Position numbers and translations under genes: made by a program. From positions 132,994 to 196,993 of the forward strand of contig DBRG01000023.1 of assembly GCA_002305545.1 (NCBI GenBank): a stretch of DNA of 64,000 nt, given 5' to 3'. The stretch comes from Bacteroidales bacterium UBA1374. GTDB taxonomy: Bacteria > Bacteroidota > Bacteroidia > Bacteroidales > UBA932. Shown here in pieces: positions 19,201-27,949 of the stretch. The notes below the pieces were generated by a model. It made no database searches, was not told where the DNA came from, and worked only from the letters and a program-made list of their open reading frames with translations. How positions within the stretch are numbered: position 1 is the first letter of the stretch; each line of letters starts with the position of its first letter.

Positions 19201-19791
19201 TATTTGTTTCTGCAAGGTGTAACACTCCATGGCATTTTGCGTGGTTAACCTTGTCTTGTGCCGCTGGAGCTCTATGTAGTAGTCTTCTCCGAACAAATTC
19301 TTATACCAGGTCACAAGGCGGGAAGCCTCTTCCATTTTGCCGGCCAGGATAAGGCGGGGCAATTCTCCGGCCAGACAGGCACTCATGGCTATTAATCCAT
19401 GGTGATACTGCTGCAGGAGCTCATGATCTATTCGCGGTTTATAGTATACCCCGTCTATCCATGCCTGTGAAACCATCTTGATCAGGTTCAGGTAACCCGC
19501 ATGGTTTTTGGCCAGCAGTACCAGGTGGCAGGTGGTGGCTTCTTCTTTGTTTTTTTTTAAAAGCCGCCCTTCCGGGGCCAGATAGACTTCGCATCCGACA
19601 ATGGGCTTGATCGAAGGATATCGCTTTGCTGTATTGAGAAACTCCTTGACACCAAACATATTGCCATGGTCAGTTATGGCCAGGGCAGGCTGATTATCGG
19701 CTTCTGCCTTGTCCAGAAGTTTTGGGATGAAGGCAGCTCCGTCAAGAATGGAATATTGTGTGTGAACGTGCAGGTGAACAAAGGAGGGCAT
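16204..19791 (-). CDS. dnaE: DNA polymerase III alpha subunit
   Basis: The PHP domain start is FVHLHVHTQYSILDGA. The pol III core includes GPGRGSAAGS, MDFLGLKTL and FNKSHAASY. A C-terminal OB fold is present. Length is 1195 aa. Confidence 0.97.
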   Translation of the reverse strand: MPSFVHLHVHTQYSILDGAAFIPKLLDKAEADNQPALAITDHGNMFGVKEFLNTAKRYPSIKPIVGCEVYLAPEGRLLKKNKEEATTCHLVLLAKNHAGYLNLIKMVSQAWIDGVYYKPRIDHELLQQYHHGLIAMSACLAGELPRLILAGKMEEASRLVTWYKNLFGEDYYIELQRHKTRLTTQNAMECYTLQKQIEPHLLDLAQKHDVKLVATNDVHFVNYEDAPAHDRLICVATNDDVTNENRKIRYTEEEYLKSGQEMIELFSDIPQALTATLEIADKVEPFSLDRAPILPHFPIPAEFSDADAYLRHLTYQGAERLYGTITPELTERIDMELGTISGMKFPDYFLIVADFIRAAREMDVWVGPGRGSAAGSVVAYCMGITLVDPIRYGLLFERFLNTQRISFPDIDIDFADDGRGKVLQYVENKYGKDHVAHVVTFGTMAARSAIKDVARVQRLPLQEAERLAKLIPDRLPDKDGKPQHITIENALKYVPELLAALKSEDPLVSSTVEYALRLEGSIRNTGVHASAIIIGPDTLTNFIPLSTTKDKETGEDILVSQFEGSLIEQVGMLKMDFLGLKTLSILKSAVESIKANHNTAIDINNIPLTDSATYELFSRGDTVGVFQFESDGMRKWLRELKPSCIEDLIAMTALYRPGPMDYIPDFIDRKHGRKTITYDLPQMEKILKETYGVTVYQEQVMLLSREIAGFSGLEADSLRRAMGKKKPEEMEKMKQDFLNGGKSKGVDETILKKIWVDWTAFAQYAFNKSHAASYSILSYQTGYLKTNYPSEFMAAVLSGNRNNIEEVSKYMDECKRMEINVLGPDVNESAHDFTVNRQGDIRFGMGGIKGVGYGAVDSIIQAREQGGPFRDIYDFAERVNLNTCNRKVLESLVYAGAFDSFADIRRHQYFLPCNKDGVFLDSIMRYGSRVQEEKNKDISSLFGAGPDSLAPPDRPVPPHMEPEAPEDLLKKEKEMVGIYLSSHPLDKFRFEIEHFTSHNLLQIQELLGNNREEEPFVPREVRLGGLVTNVTSALARTSGRPWGTFTLEDYAASWKFTLFGKEYEKFLPYMREGEALLVKCLLQERIQYKRKGQEETATGPKEKELRIQEISLLSNARESLQSITMDLGVEQISGAFRSELVKVLSENPGKITVHFVLKDKANKMAVKVFSRSHRIDLTPDFLNWIQKKGIAFSVE

Positions 19792-19800
19792 GGCGGGTTG

Positions 19801-21321
19801 TTATTTATGGATCAGGGATTTGCCTGTCATTTCTAAGGGAGCAGGGATTCCCATCAGATCGAGTATGGTAGGTGCTATATCGGCCAGGATCCCGTCTTCC
19901 ACCTCTTTTACCCGTTCATCAACAACAATGAACGGGACCCGGTTCAAGGAATGGGCCGTGTTGGGAGATCCGTCAGGATTCAACGCATTGTCTGCGTTAC
20001 CATGGTCGGCTGTAATGATAACCGAATAACCGTTTTCCCGGGCTGTTTGGGTAACCTGGTAAGCCAGCCGGTCAATGACCTGTACTGCCTGGCAGATGGC
20101 TTCATAAACCCCGGTATGGCCAATCATATCCCCGTTGGCAAAATTGAGCACAATAAAACTGTATTCTTTTGTATTTAACGCCTGCATTATCTTTTCGGCC
20201 ACTTCAGGTGCGCTCATTTCCGGTTTCAGATCATAGGTGGCAACTTTGGGAGACGGAACCAGGATCCTGTCTTCCAGTAGAAAAGCTTCTTCCCTGCCAC
20301 CTGAGAAGAAAAAGGTTACGTGAGCATACTTCTCGGTTTCCGCAATCCGCAACTGCCGCAAACCGTTACGGCTTATGATTTCCCCTATGGTTTCCCTTAC
20401 GTTGTCTTTATCGAACAGGATATGCAGCCCTTTAAATGTGTCGTCGTAAGGTGTCAGGCAGCAATAATACAGGGGAATGGTATACATTTCATGCTCAGGC
20501 ATATTTTCCTGGGTCAGCACGCGGGTAATTTCGCGGGCGCGGTCATTCCTGAAATTGAAAAATATCATGGCATCGTCTTTCCCAATGGTTCCTACAGGAA
20601 TACCGGATTCATCCACACAGACAATGGGTTTGATGAACTCATCGGTAATCCCCTGACTGTAGCTTGCGGCAATCCCGTCAACAGCTTTCCTGAAGGGACT
20701 GCCTATTCCGTGAACCGCCAGATCATAGCCGACTTTGACCCGGTCCCAGCGTTTGTCCCGGTCCATGGTATAATAACGTCCTATCACACTGGCAATTTTA
20801 CCCGTTGTTCCGGCCATGTGGTCCTCCAGTTTCTGAACATACCCTTTACCGCTCAGAGGATCGGTATCACGACCGTCCATCAGGCAATGGACATAGACCT
20901 TTGACAAGCCGTATTGATGGGCAATATCAAGAAATGCAAACAGATGCTCCATGGAAGAATGTACCCCTCCTTCAGAAACAAGACCCATCAGGTGAAGAGA
21001 TTTGCCCGAGTGTCTTGCATACTGGTAAACGGCCTGAACTTCTTTATTATCGCGTATGGACCCGTCCCTGCAGGCGCGGTTGATCTTGACCAGGTCCTGA
21101 TATACTATGCGACCTGCGCCTATATTCAGGTGCCCTACCTCGGAATTTCCCATTTGACCCTCCGGCAGGCCCACGTCTTCGCCCGATGTACTGAGTGTAC
21201 TGTGCGGGTAAGACTTGCGGATTTTTTCAATAAGTGGCTGACCGGCTGTATATATGGCATTGGTCCGATCCTTTTTCCCTTCTCCCCAGCCATCCAGGAT
21301 CATTAAAAGTACTTTTTTCAT
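19801..21321 (-). CDS. gpmI: 2,3-bisphosphoglycerate-independent phosphoglycerate mutase
   Basis: Motifs MILDGWG, NSEVGHLNIGAGR and ITADHGNAD are present. ATG 21321 (MKKVLLMILDGWG) is preferred. Confidence 0.95.
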   Translation of the reverse strand: MKKVLLMILDGWGEGKKDRTNAIYTAGQPLIEKIRKSYPHSTLSTSGEDVGLPEGQMGNSEVGHLNIGAGRIVYQDLVKINRACRDGSIRDNKEVQAVYQYARHSGKSLHLMGLVSEGGVHSSMEHLFAFLDIAHQYGLSKVYVHCLMDGRDTDPLSGKGYVQKLEDHMAGTTGKIASVIGRYYTMDRDKRWDRVKVGYDLAVHGIGSPFRKAVDGIAASYSQGITDEFIKPIVCVDESGIPVGTIGKDDAMIFFNFRNDRAREITRVLTQENMPEHEMYTIPLYYCCLTPYDDTFKGLHILFDKDNVRETIGEIISRNGLRQLRIAETEKYAHVTFFFSGGREEAFLLEDRILVPSPKVATYDLKPEMSAPEVAEKIMQALNTKEYSFIVLNFANGDMIGHTGVYEAICQAVQVIDRLAYQVTQTARENGYSVIITADHGNADNALNPDGSPNTAHSLNRVPFIVVDERVKEVEDGILADIAPTILDLMGIPAPLEMTGKSLIHK

Positions 21322-21340
21322 AGATGCAAAAATTATCAAA

Positions 21341-21348
21341 CAAAGGTA
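21341..21348 (-). promoter_or_regulatory. -7 promoter element TACCTTTG for gpmI-dnaE
   Basis: Exact TAnnTTTG on the minus strand, 19 nt upstream of ATG 21321. Confidence 0.4.
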
Positions 21349-21363
21349 CGAAAAGATTTTATG

Positions 21364-21371
21364 TACCTTTG
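21364..21371 (+). promoter_or_regulatory. -7 promoter element TACCTTTG for rnr
   Basis: Exact TAnnTTTG, 9 nt upstream of ATG 21381. It forms a 9-nt inverted repeat with the gpmI box. Confidence 0.4.
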
Positions 21372-21380
21372 CCCCATATT

Positions 21381-23423
21381 ATGAGTAAGAAAAACAACAG
21401 AAAAGACAGGCCTGCCAATAACTACAAGGGAAGGCAGAATCGCAAACCTTCCAGGGCGGTAGAATACCAGGGGATATTGAGCATGACAAGGGAGGGTTTT
21501 GCCTTCCTGCAGGTCTCAACGGCCGAAGGAGAAGCTCCGGTGGAGGATATTTTTATACCGGCAAGAAAACTGGGGGGTGCTTTGCACGGGGACCAGGTAA
21601 AAGTAGCTGTGGTTCCCGGGAAATCGAGGAACGGGCGCAAAGTGGAAGGAGAAGTCACGGAAGTACTGGAACGTTCAGCAAGACCTTATATAGGCATTGT
21701 ACAGGTACATGATAAACAAGCTTTTGTTATTACAGACTCCAGGAATATGCCCTTTGACATTCAATTGGTCAAAGAGGGTTTGAGTGGGGCTAAGAGTGGA
21801 CAGAAAGTGGCGGCACTTGTCTCCGGATGGGACAGGAAAAACCAGTTACCGATAGGAAAAATTGTTGACGTGCTGGGCAATCCCGGAGAGAACACTACTG
21901 AAATGCACGCCATTCTGGCCGAATTCGGACTTCCCTACAGGTTTGAAAAACAAGTGGAAGAAGAAGCGGAGGCGCTGCAAGAGGAAATGCTCCCCGGGGA
22001 AATCAAGGAGCGGATGGATTTCAGGGATGTTCCCACCTTTACCATAGACCCTTCCGATGCCAAGGATTACGACGATGCCCTGTCTTTCAGAAAGGCCGGT
22101 CCGGGAGACGCACTCATGGAAGTGGGGGTTCATATTGCCGATGTGAGTTACTATGTGGATCCGGGTTCCCTGCTGGACCAGGCAGCCTATGAACGGGGCA
22201 ATTCTGTATACCTGGTAGACAGGACCATCCCCATGCTTCCCGAGAAATTATCCAACAAGCTTTGTTCGCTCCGTCCGCATGAAGACAAACTCTGCTTTTC
22301 GGCCGTGTTCCGCTTTGATCAGGATTTCAAGGTGGTTTCACGCTGGTTCGGGCGCACGGTTATCCGTTCTTCCTGCCGCATGTCCTATGAAGAGGCCCAG
22401 GCCGTGCTGGATAAGGTGCCCGGGGTGATGACAGACTCGGGACCGGTTCCGGAACCCATACGGGACGGACTCTTTTTTATTCATGCTTTGGCACACAGGC
22501 TCAGAAAGGAACGTTTCAGCAAGGGAGCGATCGCTTTTGAAAGGCCGGAGGTAAAGGTGCAGGTTGATGAAAAAGGAGTTCCCGTGAGCATACATGTAAA
22601 GAAACAACTGGATTCCCACTGGCTCATAGAAGAATTCATGCTGCTGGCAAACCGCGAGGTGGCCGGATTCATTCAGAAAAAGAAGGATAAGGGATCCGGG
22701 AAAGTGCCGGCATTCGTTTACCGGGTGCACGAAGCACCGTCAGAAGACAAAATGACGGCCTTCCGTAATTTTGTGCATCACTTTGGTTATGACATGAAGC
22801 AGACCAAAACCGTGCGGGATTATGCCAGGGAATTGAACCGGCTCTTGGAAAAAACAAAAGAAAAACCCGAATCGTCAGGAATCGTGATCATGGCACTGCG
22901 TTCCATGGCGCGCGCCCACTATACAACAGATAATGTCGGCCATTACGGTCTGGCCTTTGATCATTACACCCACTTTACATCTCCTATCCGCCGGTATTCA
23001 GACCTGATGGTGCACAGGCTCCTGCTACATTATATGAACGGCGGCAAAAGCGAATCCCAGGCCGAAATGGAGGCGCGATGCACCTATATTTCACAGAGGG
23101 AGCAATTGGCGACCGAGGCAGAACGGGCGAGCGTCAAATACAAAATGGTTGAATATATGCAGGATAAAGTGGGGCAGGAGTTTGAAGGCGTGATTACCGG
23201 CCTGACCGAGTGGGGCATGTATGTGGAACTTGCACAGACACAGATAGAAGGGATGGTCGCCCTGCGTGATATACAGGATGATTATTATGTTTTTGACAAA
23301 GATTCCGTTAGCCTTACCGGAACGCACAACGGCACCCGGTTTGTTTTGGGACAGAAGGTACGCATCCGTGTTTCCAGGGCCAGCCTGGAACAAAAGCAAT
23401 TGGATTTTATTTTAATACAGTAA
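21381..23423 (+). CDS. rnr: Ribonuclease R
   Basis: It has cold-shock/OB N-terminal domains, an RNB catalytic domain (IDPSDAKDYDDALS, YLVDRTIPMLP) and a C-terminal S1 domain (FEGVITGLTEWGMYVEL). Confidence 0.93.
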   Translation: MSKKNNRKDRPANNYKGRQNRKPSRAVEYQGILSMTREGFAFLQVSTAEGEAPVEDIFIPARKLGGALHGDQVKVAVVPGKSRNGRKVEGEVTEVLERSARPYIGIVQVHDKQAFVITDSRNMPFDIQLVKEGLSGAKSGQKVAALVSGWDRKNQLPIGKIVDVLGNPGENTTEMHAILAEFGLPYRFEKQVEEEAEALQEEMLPGEIKERMDFRDVPTFTIDPSDAKDYDDALSFRKAGPGDALMEVGVHIADVSYYVDPGSLLDQAAYERGNSVYLVDRTIPMLPEKLSNKLCSLRPHEDKLCFSAVFRFDQDFKVVSRWFGRTVIRSSCRMSYEEAQAVLDKVPGVMTDSGPVPEPIRDGLFFIHALAHRLRKERFSKGAIAFERPEVKVQVDEKGVPVSIHVKKQLDSHWLIEEFMLLANREVAGFIQKKKDKGSGKVPAFVYRVHEAPSEDKMTAFRNFVHHFGYDMKQTKTVRDYARELNRLLEKTKEKPESSGIVIMALRSMARAHYTTDNVGHYGLAFDHYTHFTSPIRRYSDLMVHRLLLHYMNGGKSESQAEMEARCTYISQREQLATEAERASVKYKMVEYMQDKVGQEFEGVITGLTEWGMYVELAQTQIEGMVALRDIQDDYYVFDKDSVSLTGTHNGTRFVLGQKVRIRVSRASLEQKQLDFILIQ

Positions 23424-23426
23424 ACA

Positions 23427-24014
23427 ATGAAAAAAGGTACAATCTGGATTATTATCATTGCCATCATAGCCTTGCTGGTTATGTGGTTTATCAGGATCAA
23501 CAACAGAATGGTAGAGGCCCAGGAACAGACAGTTCAGGCATGGGCACAGGTAGAAAATGTCTATCAGCGCCGCGCCGACCTGATCCCCAACCTGGTCAAC
23601 ACCGTCAAGGGGGCTGCCGATTTTGAAAAGGGAACCTTGGAAGCAGTTATTGAAGCCCGTTCCCGGGCAACATCAGTAACGGTTGATCCCACCAATCTGA
23701 CAGAAGAAAGCATGGCTGCTTTTCAAAGCGCACAGGATGACCTGGGCAAGTCACTGGGGCGCCTGATGGCGGTTGTGGAAAATTATCCCGAGTTGAAAGC
23801 GAATCAGAACTTTCTGGAATTGCAAGCCCAACTGGAAGGCACAGAAAACAGGATTGCGGTGGAAAGGCGCACTTTCAACCAGGTGGTCCAGGCTTACAAC
23901 GTACTTATCCGCAAATTCCCCAATTCCATAGTTGCAGGAATGAGGAATTTTGAAACTAAAGCCTATTTTGAGGCTGCTGAAGGAGCTGAAACGCCTCCCG
24001 TCGTACAATTCTGA
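23427..24014 (+). CDS. lemA: LemA family membrane protein
   Basis: An N-terminal TM segment is followed by the conserved AWAQVENVYQRRADLIPNLVNTVKG. Confidence 0.88.
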   Translation: MKKGTIWIIIIAIIALLVMWFIRINNRMVEAQEQTVQAWAQVENVYQRRADLIPNLVNTVKGAADFEKGTLEAVIEARSRATSVTVDPTNLTEESMAAFQSAQDDLGKSLGRLMAVVENYPELKANQNFLELQAQLEGTENRIAVERRTFNQVVQAYNVLIRKFPNSIVAGMRNFETKAYFEAAEGAETPPVVQF

Positions 24015-24023
24015 CAAGAAAGG

Positions 24024-25067
24024 CTACATCCCCGGACTTTCCAACGGAACGGACTTTCCGCCGGGAGTAATTAATTTACACCCGGCGGAAGCGTCACAGA
24101 TGTGTCCTATGATATCCAGGCTATATTCTTTGCTCAGGGAATCATAGCTTGCCAGCGGCAGGGTAAAGAGCATCTGAAAATCATCCCCTCCGTTTAGAGC
24201 GGCCACAAGAGGCGAAGGTTCATTGTTATTTGTCTCTGCATATTCAAAACATTCCCGGGCAATAGGGATCTTGTCCACGTATACTATTGCCCCGGTTCCC
24301 GATGCTTTCGCAATACTTAAGACACCATGAGACAAACCATTGGAGAGTAGACACATAGAGGTTGGTATGATATCGTCTTTTCTCAGGTTGTCCAATAATG
24401 CCACCGGCAACACGGGTTTCAGATATTGTTCCAGGATGTATTCGTGTCCCTTGAGGTCAGGGAGCCGGTCTTTCCCGGTTTCTCCGTTAAAAACCCTTTT
24501 CTCCCGCTGCAGCAGGTGAAGTCCCATATAAGCAGCACCCACACTGCCACTCAGGCATATCAGGTCAGGTTCACGGGCACCGCAGCGTCGTGTCATCAGG
24601 CCGGCGTTGCCTTCACCCACCGCGGTAACAGCCAGGCTCAATCCCGTATAGGAAGACTGGATGTCAACCGCTGTGACATCGGCCCCGTAAAGTCGCGCCG
24701 CAGCCTCTATGCCCACGAAGAGTTCGTCCAGATCCTCTACGAAAAAGCGTTGGGAAACTCCGGCGCAAACCAGCAATTGAAGCGGAACCGCATTCATGGC
24801 CATTACTTGTCCCATGGCGTGAACGGCGGTTTTGTAACCGATAAACTTAAGGGGAAAGTAGCTCAGATCGAAGTCCACTCCCTCGAGGGACATTTTTTGA
24901 GCCGAAACGGTCAGCGCTTCACGAAAACAGGCGACAGACGCATCGTCCCCGATGCCTTGAAGTGTTGCTTCATTACTTGAAGTAAAACGGGTTGAAATTC
25001 TGTCAGTCAACACATATTTACCCAGGTCTCGAATGGGTGTCCTGGAGGGTTCTTTTTTCTCACTCAT
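24024..25067 (-). CDS. thiL: Thiamine-monophosphate kinase
   Basis: It has the AIR-synthase-related fold, the motif IGDDASV and typical length. Confidence 0.85.
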   Translation of the reverse strand: MSEKKEPSRTPIRDLGKYVLTDRISTRFTSSNEATLQGIGDDASVACFREALTVSAQKMSLEGVDFDLSYFPLKFIGYKTAVHAMGQVMAMNAVPLQLLVCAGVSQRFFVEDLDELFVGIEAAARLYGADVTAVDIQSSYTGLSLAVTAVGEGNAGLMTRRCGAREPDLICLSGSVGAAYMGLHLLQREKRVFNGETGKDRLPDLKGHEYILEQYLKPVLPVALLDNLRKDDIIPTSMCLLSNGLSHGVLSIAKASGTGAIVYVDKIPIARECFEYAETNNNEPSPLVAALNGGDDFQMLFTLPLASYDSLSKEYSLDIIGHICDASAGCKLITPGGKSVPLESPGM

Positions 25068-25071
25068 ACCG

Positions 25072-25079
25072 CAAAAGTA
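25072..25079 (-). promoter_or_regulatory. -7 promoter element TACTTTTG for thiL
   Basis: Exact TAnnTTTG on the minus strand, only 4 nt from ATG 25067. Confidence 0.45.
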
Positions 25080-25091
25080 CGGAAAAGATGG

Positions 25092-25099
25092 TATATTTG
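25092..25099 (+). promoter_or_regulatory. -7 promoter element TATATTTG for sufB
   Basis: Exact TAnnTTTG, only 6 nt from ATG 25106. Confidence 0.45.
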
Positions 25100-25105
25100 C
25101 GGGCT

Positions 25106-26554
25106 ATGAATGAAAATCAGAACGACATACTGAAAAAAATTGCTGAAAGTGAGTATGCGCAAGGTTTTGTGACGGATCTGGAGCAGGATGTTTTTCCAAA
25201 AGGATTGGATGAAAACATCATAACGATGTTGTCTGTAAGAAAAGAAGAGCCTGAATGGCTGCTTGAATTCCGGCTCAACGCCTTCCGGAGATGGCAGACT
25301 ATGAGAATGCCTCAATGGGCTCATCTGACCATTCCTCCGATTGATTACCAGGATATTATTTATTATGCAGCGCCCAAAAAACCTGCATCCGGAACAGAAA
25401 CGGGAACGATTGATCCCGTTTTGGCCGATACCTTTGACAAACTGGGCATTCCCCTGCACGAAAGGAACGTGCTGGCCGGAATGGCCGTCGATGCCATATT
25501 TGATTCTGTCTCGGTAAAGACCACGTTTAAAGAAACCCTGGCCGAGAAAGGGATCATTTTTTGTTCTTTTTCCGAGGCGGTCAGGGACTATCCTTCCCTG
25601 GTCAGAAAGTACCTGGCCAGTGTAGTGCCCGTGGGAGACAATTTCTTTGCAGCCCTTAATTCGGCGGTGTTTTCCGACGGATCCTTCTGCTATATTCCAA
25701 AAGGCGTTCGCTGTCCCATGGAACTGTCCAGTTATTTCAGAATCAACGCCCGCGGTACCGGGCAGTTTGAACGAACACTAATTGTGGCCGAAGAAGGCTC
25801 TTACCTGAGTTACCTGGAAGGATGCACGGCACCTCAGCGGGATGAAAACCAGCTGCATGCAGCAGTGGTTGAAATTGTGGTCATGCAGGATGCCGAGGTA
25901 AAATATTCAACGGTCCAGAACTGGTATCCGGGCGATTCGCAAGGTAAAGGCGGCATTTACAATTTTGTTACCAAGAGGGGAATCTGCAAGGGAACCAATG
26001 CCCGGCTTTACTGGACGCAGGTGGAGACAGGCTCGGCCATTACCTGGAAATACCCGTCGACTATTTTGCAGGGGGACAATTCGGTAAGTGAATTTTACTC
26101 GGTTGCCGTCACAAACAATTACCAGCAGGCCGACACCGGAACAAAAATGATCCATATCGGGAAAAACACCCGCAGCCGCATTGTAAGCAAAGGCATATCG
26201 GCCGGACACAGCCAGAATTCATACCGCGGGCTGGTCAGGATACTGCCGGGAGCTGAAAATGCCAGGAACCACTCCCAATGCGACTCGTTGCTGCTCGGAG
26301 ACAAATGCGGCGCCCATACATTTCCGGTTATTGAAAACGGCAACGAAAGTTCTGTTGTGGAACACGAAGCCACCACTTCCAAGATTGGTGAAGATCAGCT
26401 CTTTTACTGTCTGCAGCGGGGGATAGGACCGGAAGACGCTGTAGGTCTGATAGTGAACGGCTATGCACGTGAAGTGTTGAATAAGTTGCCCATGGAGTTT
26501 GCCGTTGAGGCTCAGAAATTGTTAAACCTCTCGCTGGAGGGCACTGTTGGCTGA
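25106..26554 (+). CDS. sufB: Fe-S cluster assembly protein SufB
   Basis: Full-length SufB pattern: [21 protein letters not shown] and [18 protein letters not shown] 25106 is preferred because the longer ORF overlaps thiL and the promoter. Confidence 0.95.
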   Translation: MNENQNDILKKIAESEYAQGFVTDLEQDVFPKGLDENIITMLSVRKEEPEWLLEFRLNAFRRWQTMRMPQWAHLTIPPIDYQDIIYYAAPKKPASGTETGTIDPVLADTFDKLGIPLHERNVLAGMAVDAIFDSVSVKTTFKETLAEKGIIFCSFSEAVRDYPSLVRKYLASVVPVGDNFFAALNSAVFSDGSFCYIPKGVRCPMELSSYFRINARGTGQFERTLIVAEEGSYLSYLEGCTAPQRDENQLHAAVVEIVVMQDAEVKYSTVQNWYPGDSQGKGGIYNFVTKRGICKGTNARLYWTQVETGSAITWKYPSTILQGDNSVSEFYSVAVTNNYQQADTGTKMIHIGKNTRSRIVSKGISAGHSQNSYRGLVRILPGAENARNHSQCDSLLLGDKCGAHTFPVIENGNESSVVEHEATTSKIGEDQLFYCLQRGIGPEDAVGLIVNGYAREVLNKLPMEFAVEAQKLLNLSLEGTVG

Positions 26555-27213
26555 TGAAAGAATTTTTTAACCTGCACAATGTTTTTTTTGAGATAGGGGG
26601 ACAAGGCATCTCCTACCTGGAATTTTTTGCTGTTCTCTTTGGACTGACTTCAGTTCTGCTGGCAAGCCTGGCACGTGCCATTAATTACTGGATAGGCTTC
26701 GTGTACACAGCCCTGCTATTCATGATGTTTCTTCAGAAAAGTTTGTATACCAACATGTTATTACAGCCTGTTTCACTGGGGATCAACATCTATGGATTGT
26801 ACCGCTGGACCAGGCCCCGTCAGGATGAAAAAAACAAGAAAAACCAGCTCAGGATAACTTTTCTCAACAACCGGCAACGGGTGATGGTTGTTATCCTGTT
26901 AGCCTGTATAGTGCTGGTCTGGGGATTTGTTCTGACAAAACTTCATCTCATTTCGCAGGCGTTTCCACCTGCCAGGACGCCGTACCTTGATTCATTGGTA
27001 GCTGGTCTGATGCTTATGGCGCAGATCCTGGCTGCCCAGAAAAAATGGGAGTGTTGGATATTCTGGGTAGCCCTGAACATAGGGAATGTAATTCTGTATG
27101 TGTCTGCCGGATTGGTATTTATGCCAATAGTTGCTGTATGCTACCTGGCCTTGAATATTATTGGGGTGTTTCACTGGAAGAAGGAGTGGGAAAAACAAAA
27201 AATGTTATGTTAA
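26554..27213 (+). CDS. PnuC-family (nicotinamide riboside/vitamin) transporter homolog embedded in the suf operon
   Basis: The 219-aa polytopic membrane protein has a PnuC-like N-terminus (GISYLEFFAVLFGLTSVLLASLARAINYWIGFVYTALLF...YGLYRW). Its ATG overlaps the sufB TGA (TGATG). Its 3' end overlaps the sufC ATG by 7 nt. Confidence 0.75.
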   Translation: MKEFFNLHNVFFEIGGQGISYLEFFAVLFGLTSVLLASLARAINYWIGFVYTALLFMMFLQKSLYTNMLLQPVSLGINIYGLYRWTRPRQDEKNKKNQLRITFLNNRQRVMVVILLACIVLVWGFVLTKLHLISQAFPPARTPYLDSLVAGLMLMAQILAAQKKWECWIFWVALNIGNVILYVSAGLVFMPIVAVCYLALNIIGVFHWKKEWEKQKMLC

Positions 27214-27947
27214 GCATTAAAGATTTACATGTAAAAATCGGGGACAAGGAAATCCTCAGGGGAATAAACCTGGAAATAAAGCAGGGAGAGATTCACGCGA
27301 TCATGGGACCGAACGGGTCCGGAAAATCCACCCTGGCGGCCGTGCTGGCAGGCAGGGAAATGTTTACCGTTACCGGAGGATCTGCCCATTTTATGGGACA
27401 GGATCTGTTTGCTATGGCTCCGGAGGACAGGGCACGAATGGGGTTATTCCTTGGATTCCAGTATCCTGTAGAGATACCGGGTCTGACCAACGTGAATTTC
27501 ATGAAAGCTGCCGTTAACGAACAAAGAAAATACAAAAACCTGCCTCCGTTGTCATCAGGAGAGTTTCTCAAAGTCATGCGTGAGAAAATGGCCATTGTGC
27601 AGATGGATCCTTCTTTTGTGGGCAGGGGTGTGAATGTGGGCTTTTCGGGTGGAGAAAAGAAAAGGAACGAGATATTCCAGATGGCCATGCTCGAACCCAG
27701 GCTTGCTTTTCTTGACGAAACCGACAGTGGGCTGGACGTTGATGCATTGCGTGTAGTAGCACAGGGTGTCAATCAATTGAAAACGCCGGAAAATGCATTT
27801 GTGGTCATCACACATTATCAGCGCCTGCTCGATTATATTGTACCCGACATTGTACACGTTATTTACAAGGGACAGATTATCAGGACAGCCGGGAAAGAAC
27901 TGGCGGCTGAGGTGGAAACCAGGGGATACGATCATATCATTAATTAG
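27207..27947 (+). CDS. sufC: Fe-S cluster assembly ATPase SufC
   Basis: Walker A GPNGSGKST, signature FSGGEKKRNEI and Walker B LAFLDETDSGLD are present. ATG 27207 (MLSIKDLHV) is preferred. Confidence 0.95.
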   Translation: MLSIKDLHVKIGDKEILRGINLEIKQGEIHAIMGPNGSGKSTLAAVLAGREMFTVTGGSAHFMGQDLFAMAPEDRARMGLFLGFQYPVEIPGLTNVNFMKAAVNEQRKYKNLPPLSSGEFLKVMREKMAIVQMDPSFVGRGVNVGFSGGEKKRNEIFQMAMLEPRLAFLDETDSGLDVDALRVVAQGVNQLKTPENAFVVITHYQRLLDYIVPDIVHVIYKGQIIRTAGKELAAEVETRGYDHIIN

Positions 27948-27949
27948 CC

